DNA from: Candidatus Kaiserbacteria bacterium
GTDB taxonomy: Bacteria; Patescibacteriota; Minisyncoccia; Phycocordibacterales; UBA918
Direction of reading: 5' to 3'
Assembly: GCA_007117575.1 (NCBI GenBank)
Contig: SKGH01000039.1
Coordinates: 1 to 37,009, forward strand
DNA: 37,009 bases
In this document: positions 1-9,113 of the stretch, piece by piece
Layout of the letters: every line of letters begins with the position of its first letter
Numbering within the stretch: the first letter of the stretch is position 1
Translations under genes and position numbers: made by a program
Notes under the pieces: generated by a model
The model's database searches: none
What the model was told of the DNA's origin: nothing
The model's input: the letters and a program-made list of their open reading frames with translations, nothing else

Positions 1-233
1 AAACCCATGCTTCGTCCTCACCGTATCCCGATACGCTTCGGACTCCAGCACAGGTTTTCGCTTGAATTTTTGGTCACTTTGGACCTCGATGAGATCGTAA
101 ACAGGTTCTAAAAATATGGCTGCAAAACTTCGGTTCGTCTTCCGTGAACGACAGTTCACATCAGACTCCACCTCGTTTTTCGCTCATATTTTTAGCCACT
201 CCGGACCTCGATGAGACTTCAAACAGTTTCTAA
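1..233. repeat. Two diverged tandem units of about 122 bp, each ending in a conserved ~50-bp module (..GGACCTCGATGAGA..AAACAG.TTCTAA); central part of a composite repeat cut by the window edge
   Basis: Unit ends at 111 and 233 align by eye: ttttcgcttgaatttttggtcactttggacctcgatgagatcgtaaacaggttctaa versus tttttcgctcatatttttagccactccggacctcgatgagacttcaaacagtttctaa. A third copy of the module is at 17003-17052. Confidence 0.7.
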
Positions 234-302
234 CGTAATAAACCAAAAAATGTTTTAGTCAGTCACGAAAGAATATAAATGATCACGGAAACTGGAGCTG
301 GG
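220..302. repeat. 83-bp arm of a long inverted repeat (inner module B, right arm); inverted partner at 36927-37009
   Basis: The reverse complement of 36927-37009 matches 220-302 at 81 of 83 positions. The only differences lie in aaccggggctggg versus aactggagctggg. Confidence 0.85.
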
Positions 303-303
303 T

Positions 304-380
304 GAGGCGTACTTGGTGGTACGATGAAAGGTTTGAGTGACGAAAACAAGAAAAAAATTCCCCAAACGCTAAATTCCTGT
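304..380 (+). mobile_element. Right half of a MITE-A copy with a degenerate right terminal inverted repeat
   Basis: gaggcgtacttggtggtacgatgaaaggtttgagtgacgaaa matches the conserved MITE-A core. The end aaacgctaaattcctg is a decayed form of AAACGCGTAAGTCATG. Confidence 0.75.
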
Positions 381-392
381 TGATTATAAATA

Positions 393-416
393 ATCCCGCC
401 ACGTTGAAGGCGGGAT
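393..416 (-). terminator. Candidate Rho-independent terminator of the 443-859 gene
   Basis: 8-bp GC-rich stem atcccgcc/ggcgggat with an 8-nt loop. On the minus strand it is followed by TTATTTAT, about 27 nt downstream of the stop. Confidence 0.6.
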
Positions 417-442
417 GTGAACTAATACAAATACAAATAAAT

Positions 443-859
443 TCAGGTCATTACGTCAACCTCTGCTTGAGGTGTTGGTTTGTAGGGTACTAACCCCCTT
501 TCTGGCGATCTCGGTTTTGTGTTAAAAGGAGGTAGACCTCCGCGAGGAATATAGCCGTCTGAAGTGGCTGTGCATACACCAACTATTCTGGTTCCGAAGT
601 GTTGGGGCTGAAACTGGATATGGTCAGCACCTTCACAACCTACATCCCGTAACATTAAAGCCAGTTCAAGTATGCCGTCAACAATAGTTTGACCTGTAGT
701 AGTAGAATACTGAAAAGCACATACCTTTGACTCATCCAGGTATTGGCACTTGATTTCAGTGGTTACTCGCGGGTCATTAATCAGTCCTTGATAACCGGAA
801 AATGCTATAGCGATTAACCCAACTACAACAATCAGCAGTATTACAGAAAGTCTGGACAT
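443..859 (-). CDS. Hypothetical secreted or membrane-anchored protein (N-terminal TM/signal anchor, 4 Cys)
   Basis: ORF track 443-874 starts at TTG; the ATG at 859 gives MSRLSVILLIVVVGLIAIAF. No recognisable family. Confidence 0.6.
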   Translation of the reverse strand: MSRLSVILLIVVVGLIAIAFSGYQGLINDPRVTTEIKCQYLDESKVCAFQYSTTTGQTIVDGILELALMLRDVGCEGADHIQFQPQHFGTRIVGVCTATSDGYIPRGGLPPFNTKPRSPERGLVPYKPTPQAEVDVMT

Positions 860-1075
860 CAACCTGTTCCTCAATTGGCACCCAATCAGTCATGGGTTCT
901 TGTACTATATAATAAATATTTTTTTTGTAAACTTACCTGTGACTAAATCATGTAGTGTGGTTTAGTAGAGCTTACTAATTACCCTGCGTCAAAGCTCTAT
1001 ACACATCACTATTCCGGCACAGGACCAGGGTAAGTTTGCTAGCAGAGGAGTCGGCCACCGCCGACACAAATAATT

Positions 1076-1179
1076 GTCCGGCTCTAGTTTCAATACTGAT
1101 TCACTGGCAACACCAAAGTCTGACAATGTTTTGGTAAGTCACTAAAGAATATAAATGACTACGGAAACTAGAGCCGGAC
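1076..1179. repeat. Solo copy of inner module B: 104-bp hairpin-forming element with 16-bp perfect inverted termini
   Basis: GTCCGGCTCTAGTTTC (1076-1091) pairs with GAAACTAGAGCCGGAC (1164-1179). The interior aatgttttggtaagtcactaaagaatataaatgactacggaaactagagc resembles 248-298. An extra ccggctcta lies at 1192-1200. Confidence 0.7.
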
Positions 1180-1236
1180 AGATACCAACTTCCGGCTCTA
1201 CGTCAGAAATAAATCTTTTTCTGTATGATTGTTAAC

Positions 1237-2238
1237 TTAGACGCGCTTCCAAACAAGTTTTATAAAACGCCACAGAAGTCTGATTGCTAGAATAATGAAC
1301 AGAGAGAAGAAAGAGGTGATAAGTAACCAGAGAAGGAACACTCCTAAGAAGCTGGTCATAGCCAACTTAAAGGTGGTTACTGTTTCTTGAAGCAGGTCTT
1401 TAGCTTCTTCGGTGCGACGGGAAGCACTGTGTGGGTCTGTGGAGAATAGGCGAGTGAAACTGGCTCTAATTTCTATCATTCCCAACCTTTCTTCCAAGTC
1501 TTGTTGTTGACGGTAAAGGTGGTTAACTTGCTGAGATAACTGGTGTTGTCTTCCGGTGAGCATGTCTATCATCTCTACTTGATCGCGAATTATCTTTGTT
1601 AAAGTGTCTGAGTCACGGTCGGCTCTGGCTGAATTGGCTAACTCCGCGTAACTTGCTCTAGTTTGCTCTAGTAGATTTTCTACTTCGCCTAAATGTCTTT
1701 GAGCTATCTCCAAGCTAGACGATACCTGCTGGCGTTGACGAGTGATAGAGCGAGTGGTTTTTTCTATTTGTAGGTTATTGATTTCTTTTAGTATCGTCAA
1801 TACGGCTTCGACATGGGCTTCGGCTACATAAAAAGTGGCGGTACAAGAGTTTTCTCTTAGGTTTATGTTACGGAAATCGGTTCTGTTGTCTTGCCTTAAG
1901 TCAGAGAGGACTGCGCAGGCGGATTCCAAGTTCTGTGTCCTAAGGTACAGTTGGTAGTCAGTGGTTTCGAAGTCTTGTAAAAGTTCTTGAGTTACAGGTT
2001 GTCCCGATGCCGGGGTGGGGCTATGGGTAGAAACAGGAGAAGACCTTACCATTGAGAAGTCAGACTCAAGCGCCATATCGGCAGAAGTGTAAAAGGGTAC
2101 GGCTCTGTCTGTGGTAGACAAGCCAAACCCCGGTCGCATAACGGAGAATAAGGAAAACAGTATCAAAAGTAGAAGTACACCTACTACGGAAATAAGTATG
2201 ACACGTGCTAAGCGTGAATGGTTTAAGAAAAAATTCAT
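1237..2238 (-). CDS. Hypothetical membrane protein with N-terminal TM, central coiled-coil and C-terminal TM segments (DUF4349-like architecture)
   Basis: ORF track start 2271 is GTG; the ATG at 2238 gives MNFFLNHSRLARVILISVVGVLLLL. The middle is Q/E/L-rich coiled coil and the C-terminus hydrophobic. The family call rests on architecture only. Confidence 0.6.
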   Translation of the reverse strand: MNFFLNHSRLARVILISVVGVLLLLILFSLFSVMRPGFGLSTTDRAVPFYTSADMALESDFSMVRSSPVSTHSPTPASGQPVTQELLQDFETTDYQLYLRTQNLESACAVLSDLRQDNRTDFRNINLRENSCTATFYVAEAHVEAVLTILKEINNLQIEKTTRSITRQRQQVSSSLEIAQRHLGEVENLLEQTRASYAELANSARADRDSDTLTKIIRDQVEMIDMLTGRQHQLSQQVNHLYRQQQDLEERLGMIEIRASFTRLFSTDPHSASRRTEEAKDLLQETVTTFKLAMTSFLGVFLLWLLITSFFSLFIILAIRLLWRFIKLVWKRV

Positions 2239-2405
2239 GGTAATTGACTTAATTTTGTTATTACAAACCACATCTCAGTGGAGACATTATGGAAGACTAC
2301 ATATATACAATGTAGCATTTTTTTATTGTCAATTACTTCATTTGTACACAAGGTATGGTTTATGTATTTTCAGACAAATGTAAAAAAGTGCTATGATATT
2401 AATCA

Positions 2406-3551
2406 ATGTCAGTAAGTAAGAAAAAAGTTTATTTCAACTTACGGCACAGCTCTCGTGAACGTATGTGGGATACAGCCCGCGTATCTTCGTCAGTTTGTGA
2501 ACCCGTTTTTCCTTCTGTAAAACAAAAGGCTTCCATATCTCGTGTTGGTAAGCAAAATTGGCGAATAAAATATCGTAAAAAACTTAGAAACATGGCAATA
2601 AAATATTTACCTTTGATAAATTATCAAAGAGTAGACCCTGTGGCACAAAAGGCCGATTTATTGTATATGTGGGGAGCTTTTCCCAAGGGTTGCGATAAGT
2701 CCTATGTGGTAGAAATAGAAAACCCATACGTTTTTAGTTACTATGATCCACGCACTATTGAGTTAAGGATGTCTAAGATAAAGGAATTATTACGAAAGTC
2801 AAAGTATATAACCTATCTTTGCCAAGCTTCTTATCATCACTCCATTCATCTCTACGGTGAAGAGTTTAGAGATAAAAGCATGACCTTTCCACCATTTATG
2901 GAAGCTAATTATGAGAAACGTAAGGTAAGAAAAAAAGAAACAATTGACTTTTTGTTTATAGGTATGGATTGGGTACGTAAGGGCGGTCCGTATTTATTGG
3001 AGGCTTTTTCTAGACTGCAAGACACTAACGCGCGTTTAAAAATAATATCTTCGGTAGATGATCAAACTAAAGAAAAATATGCTAAAGATAAAAGGATAAC
3101 TTTTTTGCCACCACAGCCAAGAGAAGTTTTACTTAATGATATATATCCTAATTCTGATGTGTTTGTCATGCCTTCTTTTCATGAGTCTTTTCCCATTGTT
3201 GTATTGGAGGCCTTGTCTTACGGTCTGGGTTTGATAGTTACAGATGTTTACGGTACTCCAGAGCTGATACCAAAACAAGAAAATGGTCGTCTCCTGCCTC
3301 ATCCCATACTCGAGCCGGAGTTTTTTGACGGTTATCGTGTGGTTGATTGCAACAAAATACACCCCGGTATTTTTACAAAAGAATACGCTGATAAAGGGAT
3401 AGTTCACCATAAATTTGTTGATGATATTGAAAAAGCTTTAGAGGCCGGTATGAAGGATAGTTTTATTTGGCAAGAAAAAAGCACTGCTTTATTTAAAAAC
3501 CATTACGCTCCTTCTATGTGGGAAGATAGAATGAAGCATATTTTAAAATAA
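2406..3551 (+). CDS. Glycosyltransferase, GT-B fold (GT4-like)
   Basis: C-terminal E-x7-E region PSFHESFPIVVLEALSYGLGLIVTD. First gene of the plus-strand glycan operon. Confidence 0.8.
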   Translation: MSVSKKKVYFNLRHSSRERMWDTARVSSSVCEPVFPSVKQKASISRVGKQNWRIKYRKKLRNMAIKYLPLINYQRVDPVAQKADLLYMWGAFPKGCDKSYVVEIENPYVFSYYDPRTIELRMSKIKELLRKSKYITYLCQASYHHSIHLYGEEFRDKSMTFPPFMEANYEKRKVRKKETIDFLFIGMDWVRKGGPYLLEAFSRLQDTNARLKIISSVDDQTKEKYAKDKRITFLPPQPREVLLNDIYPNSDVFVMPSFHESFPIVVLEALSYGLGLIVTDVYGTPELIPKQENGRLLPHPILEPEFFDGYRVVDCNKIHPGIFTKEYADKGIVHHKFVDDIEKALEAGMKDSFIWQEKSTALFKNHYAPSMWEDRMKHILK

Positions 3552-3556
3552 CCTTT

Positions 3557-4492
3557 ATGACATACGACTTTGCGATTGTAATTCCAACATACAAAAGACC
3601 TGATGCTTTAGCTGTTTGCGTAGACTCTATACTTCTCCAGTCACTGTTACCGCGTCAACTCATCATAGTTGACGACGATGAGTTACCACAAGAAGTTCTG
3701 GCTGACATGGGTCAGCAAGCTGAAAAGAAGAAGGTAGAGTTAGTGTATATAAAAAAAGATCATAAAAAACAAGGTCAAGGGTCTGCATATTCTCGCAATA
3801 TAGGTATCAGTGCTTCTGAATATCCATATACCTTTATATTTGATGATGATATGGAGCTGGAGTCAGATTTTTGCGAGCATGTAATGCGTGCGTGGCGTGA
3901 AGATGCAAGTGATACAACCTTTGCAGTAGCAGGTGTTTGGAGCAACAACCGGGTACCGGGGAGGTTTGAGTATTGGTATCACTATCTAAATATGCTTGGC
4001 CGTATGGATAGGTGGGATATAAATGATGTCGGGTTTCAAACTTGGAATGACGGTATTAAAGAAACTATGTCTGGAAATTATGCGCACGGCTCTTCGTCTG
4101 TATATAAAACCAGTATCTTGCGCGAGCTTGGTGGCTTCGCAACTTTCTCAGGCGGTAGAACGGCATTGGAGGACGTGGAGTATTTTTGGCGAGCTAAAAA
4201 AGCAGGGTACAGTACCTTAATCGTACCCAAAGCAAGGTTGGTACATCACCATAGTCCATTAGCCAGAGAAAACCATTATCAAGTCGGGTATAAAGAGGGT
4301 TACAATCGAACTGTCATATATAGAACACACAGTAGTCGTAACTTGTTAAGTTTTCTCTGGTTTGTAAACGCCCAGTCGGCGTGGATATTTCGCAAAGTGT
4401 TGGTAGGACAATTTGCTTATGCTTATGGTCTATTGTGGGGAAGTTTCTCTGCTCGCAATGCTCAAGCAATAAAGATTGAAAAATTTGATTAA
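3557..4492 (+). CDS. Glycosyltransferase family 2
   Basis: N-terminal FAIVIPTYKRPDALAVCVDSILLQS and acidic IFDDD motif typical of GT-A/GT2. Confidence 0.85.
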   Translation: MTYDFAIVIPTYKRPDALAVCVDSILLQSLLPRQLIIVDDDELPQEVLADMGQQAEKKKVELVYIKKDHKKQGQGSAYSRNIGISASEYPYTFIFDDDMELESDFCEHVMRAWREDASDTTFAVAGVWSNNRVPGRFEYWYHYLNMLGRMDRWDINDVGFQTWNDGIKETMSGNYAHGSSSVYKTSILRELGGFATFSGGRTALEDVEYFWRAKKAGYSTLIVPKARLVHHHSPLARENHYQVGYKEGYNRTVIYRTHSSRNLLSFLWFVNAQSAWIFRKVLVGQFAYAYGLLWGSFSARNAQAIKIEKFD

Positions 4493-4507
4493 GATAGATT
4501 TATAAAA

Positions 4508-5446
4508 ATGATCAAAGTAGCTATATATGGAATAAAAGGGGAACACCCCACCACAATGCTTGAAAAGTTGGTTCGTCAAATGCCTGGCTCAAAACCTACG
4601 CTAGGCAACATTGAAATCGTCACAAACACTGAAGAAGCTGATTATTATTTGATAATACAATCAGACTCTTTGGCGACAAAAGATCTCACAAAAGACAAGA
4701 AGGTATTTATCCAACGTGAACCGGAAGTTGTTATACCGAAAACAAAGTTTTATTCCCAAGAGGGAGGGATACATCTGGGATACGCAGAGTCTTTCCATTT
4801 CGTTACTTGGCACGTTGATGCTGATTACGATAGCTTGAAGTCATTACCTTACCAGAAAAAAAGTAGCCCTCTTTTGACTATCCTGTCCCACAAACGTGAT
4901 ACACCGGGTCAGCGTAAACGTACTGATTTCGTCTTAGACCTAAGTAGCCGTTATCCGGATGTATTAGATATTTATGGTACTTTCAGTAAGGTTCGTTATG
5001 GACTTAAACAAGTTCGTAACATTCCGGTGTTAGAAAAAATACACAGTATTTATCATAGACTTCGTGGCCATAAACAAAAGTTGTCTTTTAATAAATTAAC
5101 CATTTCTCTACCGTATCACTATCAATTGGTTATGGAGAATTCGCAAGAAACAAATTATTTTTCAGAAAAATTTGCTGACGCTATTCTGTCATGGAACATA
5201 CCTATATACTGGGGTTGTCCCAATATACATGATTTCTTTCCAACTGATTGCTACCATAACATAGACATTGCTGACCCCGATGCTTTTAAGGTGGTGAATG
5301 ATATAGTAAATACACCGCCAACCTCAAAACAAATAGAAGCATTGACCGAAGCTCGTCAACTTATTTTAGATAAATATAATTTATTCCCGGCGTTAGATAA
5401 ATATTTGTCTCAAGGAAAAATTAAAGACTTGTATGGTAAGCAATAA
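4508..5446 (+). CDS. GT10-like fucosyltransferase (alpha-1,3/4-FucT C-terminal domain)
   Basis: LVMENSQETNYFSEKFADAILSWNIPIYWGCPNI matches the GT10 signature known from Helicobacter FucT (ENS..Y.TEK..DA....IPIYWG.P). Confidence 0.75.
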   Translation: MIKVAIYGIKGEHPTTMLEKLVRQMPGSKPTLGNIEIVTNTEEADYYLIIQSDSLATKDLTKDKKVFIQREPEVVIPKTKFYSQEGGIHLGYAESFHFVTWHVDADYDSLKSLPYQKKSSPLLTILSHKRDTPGQRKRTDFVLDLSSRYPDVLDIYGTFSKVRYGLKQVRNIPVLEKIHSIYHRLRGHKQKLSFNKLTISLPYHYQLVMENSQETNYFSEKFADAILSWNIPIYWGCPNIHDFFPTDCYHNIDIADPDAFKVVNDIVNTPPTSKQIEALTEARQLILDKYNLFPALDKYLSQGKIKDLYGKQ

Positions 5447-6125
5447 TAAAAAACTGATTGATTTTTTTGGTTTGCATGGTTCGGGTAAGTCTACTGTTTA
5501 TAAGGCAACAATAGAACTTGCTGTAGCAGAAGGTGTAGACTTAAACCTAGTCACTTTGCGTGATTTTGTACCAAAGTGGCGTAAGTACCCGGTATTGCTG
5601 TGTTTGGTTTTTATAAAGATAAAAGATATTTTTTTTATCTTATACTTTTTCCACCGCTATGCAGTTTTTGGTAAATATAACCGGCAAAGAATGTTTTCAT
5701 TGCTTAGGTTGTTCTTGCAGACTGAATATGAGTACAAAAGCCAGTCTTTTGATTTTTATTTACATGATGGCATTTTACATAAATTAATAGATGTGGAATT
5801 TTGTTCATCTTCAGATGTTAACCAGATATTTGATTTATTTTGGCAAAGATTTAAATACAAATATGTGGCCATAGTTATACATGAAATAGATGAAAAAACT
5901 TATTATGAGCGTGTTGAGATTCGCTATAAAAAAAATAAAGGTTTTGCAAAATATATGGATGATAATAAAGTCGCAAGTGTATGGTTAGAGAGGAGTAGGC
6001 AACAATACCAAATAATGCGAGACATTATAAAAAATAGTGACGTGCCGTTTTTAGTGTTGGCTGGCAGTGATAAGGTAGAAAGAAAAGCGGAACAGGTTTT
6101 AGACTTTGTTTTACGTTTGCGTTAG
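5433..6125 (+). CDS. P-loop NTPase / kinase-like protein, paralog of 10250-10936
   Basis: Walker A GLHGSGKST near the N-terminus. The C-terminal VPFLVLAGSDKVERKAEQVLDFVL aligns with VPVLVLDGFEDVTVKAKCVADFIL of the paralog. 14-nt overlap with the upstream gene. Confidence 0.7.
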   Translation: MVSNNKKLIDFFGLHGSGKSTVYKATIELAVAEGVDLNLVTLRDFVPKWRKYPVLLCLVFIKIKDIFFILYFFHRYAVFGKYNRQRMFSLLRLFLQTEYEYKSQSFDFYLHDGILHKLIDVEFCSSSDVNQIFDLFWQRFKYKYVAIVIHEIDEKTYYERVEIRYKKNKGFAKYMDDNKVASVWLERSRQQYQIMRDIIKNSDVPFLVLAGSDKVERKAEQVLDFVLRLR

Positions 6126-6130
6126 TATTA

Positions 6131-7102
6131 ATGCTGTATCAGTGTATTAACATGAAAATATCCATTATTATACCGACTCTTAATAGGCCTGATGATCTGC
6201 GCAATTGTTTAACTAGTGTTGTTAAAAATACACGCAAGCCAGATGAGGTGATAATTGTTGAACAAGGTGACATTAAAAAAACCAAGAAGGTCGTCAAAGA
6301 TTTTGCCTTACCGGTTTCCTTGCATTACTTTGAGCAGAAAAGTCTGACTCGTGCTCGTAATTTTGGATTTAGTAAAGCCAGTGGCGACATAATTGTCTAT
6401 GTGGATGACGATGTAGAGCTTGCCGATGATTATGTGCAAGTGGCTGAGCAGTATTTTGTCAATGATAAAGAGAAGGAAGTGCTTGGTATCGTGGGGCGTG
6501 ATGAAGTTTTTCTTTCTCGCCCTTGGCGTTGGTATCAGTATCTACGCCAGGCTTTAGGTGTCTTTTTTTGGCGTAGTACTTTTGGTGACGTGAGCAGGGT
6601 TCTTCTTTCGGGACAGAATGTTTTACGTAACTACGCCAATTGTGAGCAGGTGGTGGAGTGGTGTCTGGGTGTGGCGGTTTGGAGAAAAGAAGCTTTTAAT
6701 AATAATCATCGCTATGATGAGAGGTTTATTCGATGGTGTTTTGGTGAAGATGTGATGTTTTCTTTTCAACTTCATCGTAAAAAAAATAACTGTCTTAGAT
6801 ATGTGTCATCATTAAAATACTACCACCATGAAAGCAGAGTCAACCGCATACACAACTCGCAGGCGACTAAAATGGCAATTATATATCGCTACATTTTTTG
6901 GAAAGAGTGTGTAGAACAACATAAAAAGTGGCGAGCGTTTCCTTACGTATGGTCGCAGGTTGGTTTTTGTATTATTGAGTTTATGACGTATCCACGCTGG
7001 CAGACCGTTGAGACTTTGTCAGAAGCTTATAGGTATCTTTACGCCAAGCGTAGCGGTATTCTAAATGGCACTGAGGATTTTAATGCTTTTATTTTGAAAT
7101 GA
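6131..7102 (+). CDS. Glycosyltransferase family 2
   Basis: MKISIIIPTLNRPDDLRNCLTSV and VYVDDDV (DxD). The start could be the ATG at 6152 (MKISIIIPT). Confidence 0.85.
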   Translation: MLYQCINMKISIIIPTLNRPDDLRNCLTSVVKNTRKPDEVIIVEQGDIKKTKKVVKDFALPVSLHYFEQKSLTRARNFGFSKASGDIIVYVDDDVELADDYVQVAEQYFVNDKEKEVLGIVGRDEVFLSRPWRWYQYLRQALGVFFWRSTFGDVSRVLLSGQNVLRNYANCEQVVEWCLGVAVWRKEAFNNNHRYDERFIRWCFGEDVMFSFQLHRKKNNCLRYVSSLKYYHHESRVNRIHNSQATKMAIIYRYIFWKECVEQHKKWRAFPYVWSQVGFCIIEFMTYPRWQTVETLSEAYRYLYAKRSGILNGTEDFNAFILK

Positions 7103-8226
7103 AAAACAAGAACAAAGAAAAAATAACCTTTTTTCTTCCAGGGATGTATGGAGGGGGAGTAGAGCGTGTATTTTTAACATTAGCGGAAGAAATGTTGCTT
7201 AGAGGTTATGAGATAGATTTATTATTATTAAAAAAAGAGGGCGATATGCTTTCTGTGGTACCGAAACAAGTGCGCATAATCGTGCCAAAAACATATAGTA
7301 GTAAATTATTCCCAGCATTATTCATGATACCGGCACTGATACGGTATATGCGAGCAGAACGACCAGTGCTTTTTATTTCAATGCTCAACCGTTGTAATGT
7401 GGTCGTGTCTTTAGCTCGTATGTTTGTGCGAGGAGTACCGGTGGTGGTAAGTGAACACGGAAATTTCACTGAACAACTACAAGTAATGAAATGGTACAAA
7501 AGGAAAGTAGCTGTTTTGGTATCAGCTTTTACATATCGTCTTGCTGATACAATCCTGGCGGTATCGTATGGTACAGCCGAGGTGCTTGCAAAACATCTTT
7601 GGCTTAAAAAAGATAGTATTGAGGTGATATATAACCCTGTCAATATCACTAAAGTACAAAAAATGGCAGAAGAGCAGTTTGATACGACTCTACTGGACAT
7701 CGCAAAGAAAAATTTTGTATCCGTCGGTAGATTGAATAAGCAGAAGAATTTTCCCTTATTGTTGGACGCATTTGCAATAGTATTACAAAAAGAGCCGGAA
7801 GCCAGACTACTCATACTTGGTGAGGGAGAAGAGCGGGCAGTATTGGAAAAGAAAATGAAGGAACTCGGCATAAGTAACTTTGTTCGAATGCCTGGATTTG
7901 TGGACAACCCTTATCCTTATATGAAAAATGCAGATGTATTTGCACTTTCTTCAGATTGGGAGGGTTTTGGGGTGGTTATTGTAGAAGCTTTGGCGTGTGG
8001 CACGTCAGTGGTTGCCACTGATTGTCCTAGCGGTCCGGCTGAGATATTGATAGACGAAAGCTGTGGATCGTTGGTGCCTGTGGGTGATAATGTCTCCATG
8101 TCAGAATCCATAACATTTTTATTAAATTCAAATAAAAATGTTAACATCTTAAAAAAAAGAGCTAATGATTTTACCGTTTCCAAAGTGACTGATAAGTATT
8201 TAAATTTGATAAAGGACTATAACTAA
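7099..8226 (+). CDS. Glycosyltransferase family 4 (GT-B)
   Basis: SSDWEGFGVVIVEALACGTSVVATDCPSGPAEIL (E-x7-E). ATGA start/stop overlap with the upstream gene. Confidence 0.85.
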   Translation: MKNKNKEKITFFLPGMYGGGVERVFLTLAEEMLLRGYEIDLLLLKKEGDMLSVVPKQVRIIVPKTYSSKLFPALFMIPALIRYMRAERPVLFISMLNRCNVVVSLARMFVRGVPVVVSEHGNFTEQLQVMKWYKRKVAVLVSAFTYRLADTILAVSYGTAEVLAKHLWLKKDSIEVIYNPVNITKVQKMAEEQFDTTLLDIAKKNFVSVGRLNKQKNFPLLLDAFAIVLQKEPEARLLILGEGEERAVLEKKMKELGISNFVRMPGFVDNPYPYMKNADVFALSSDWEGFGVVIVEALACGTSVVATDCPSGPAEILIDESCGSLVPVGDNVSMSESITFLLNSNKNVNILKKRANDFTVSKVTDKYLNLIKDYN

Positions 8227-8234
8227 TAGTAACT

Positions 8235-9110
8235 ATGCTTAGAAAAATAATAAAATATCATACCCCTGTTTGGCTTTATAAATTTTTCAGTTTTATATGG
8301 AACATACCGGTTACGGTTAAGCGTTGGTTTAAAAAACCCACTAACAATTTTACGTCTAGAGAGTTTAGAAACATAGAAGTTGGTCCCTACAACTTTACTA
8401 TTTTATTAGATCCCAACAACGGATATGTGGATAACAAAATTTATCTTGATGGTGAGTGGGAAGTGCCACTGACCAATAAAATCGTTTCCACTTTAAAAGA
8501 TAAAGACGGTATTTTTATCGACGTGGGAGCAAATATTGGATATTTTACTTTATTGTCAGGGTTGGTTTTAAAAGGTAAGGGTGAGGTTCATGGCTACGAG
8601 CCCATTTCTTATATTTTTAAGCAATTACAAACTAGCATTAAAAAAAATGATTTAAATAATGTTAAGGTATTTAACCTTGCTTGCGGAAGTGAGGATAAAT
8701 ACACCGAGATAAATATTTTTAGAGAAAACGTCGGCAGTTCTTCTTTATTAAGTGAAACCAAATTAGTTGATAAGGTTGAGCAAGTAAAAGTCGTTCGTCT
8801 TGACGATAGATATCAAGATAAAGAAAAAATAATTTTGATCAAAATTGATGTGGAAGGCTATGAAATCGAAGTATTAAAAGGTGCTCAAAAGATATTAACT
8901 GAAATAGGCCCCGAAATTGTTTTTGAATTTAATCCTTATAGATTAGCTGATATTTATGGTCAGGATAAGGTTTGCGAGGTTTTATACTTTTTGCAAGAAA
9001 GTGGATACGGTATCTATACTCTAAGAGGTGAGCCGATAACAAATTTTCAAACTTTAGCAGAAAATCAAATACGGTTAAGAGAAAGTGTGGAGTTGTGTTG
9101 TAAGAAATAA
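8235..9110 (+). CDS. FkbM-family SAM-dependent methyltransferase
   Basis: FIDVGANIGYFTLL (SAM motif I) and IKIDVEGYEIEVLKGA, both hallmarks of the FkbM family. Confidence 0.8.
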   Translation: MLRKIIKYHTPVWLYKFFSFIWNIPVTVKRWFKKPTNNFTSREFRNIEVGPYNFTILLDPNNGYVDNKIYLDGEWEVPLTNKIVSTLKDKDGIFIDVGANIGYFTLLSGLVLKGKGEVHGYEPISYIFKQLQTSIKKNDLNNVKVFNLACGSEDKYTEINIFRENVGSSSLLSETKLVDKVEQVKVVRLDDRYQDKEKIILIKIDVEGYEIEVLKGAQKILTEIGPEIVFEFNPYRLADIYGQDKVCEVLYFLQESGYGIYTLRGEPITNFQTLAENQIRLRESVELCCKK

Positions 9111-9113
9111 GAA

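Noticed and set aside
7-111. Small peptide genes inside the repeats: MLRPHRIPIRFGLQHRFSLEFLVTLDLDEIVNRF, a related frame ending at 233, and the ORF 16867-17064 containing LATPDLDETSNSF.
   Set aside because: Differences between copies fall mostly on codon positions 1 and 2, so there is no sign of purifying selection. Unit 2 has no in-frame ATG, no RBS is visible, and the stop is lost in the third copy. The conservation is better explained at the nucleotide level.
1-233. Possible CRISPR array, based on a conserved ~45-50-bp block recurring at 66-111 and 187-233.
   Set aside because: Only two units are present, with a period of about 122 bp. The supposed spacers are themselves homologous to each other. 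A third copy is isolated at 17003. There are no cas genes, and the blocks belong to the MITE/module repeat superfamily.
7206-7907. Long antisense ORFs inside well-supported genes. Examples: 7206-7907, 7917-8183, 24790-25125, 25654-26241, 27758-28021, 29750-30096, 30311-30772, 31169-31486, 31801-32511 and 35557-35838.
   Set aside because: Each lies fully within a gene that has clear family motifs on the opposite strand. Their products are low-complexity, and 27758-28021 is the mirror image of the lysine-rich gene.
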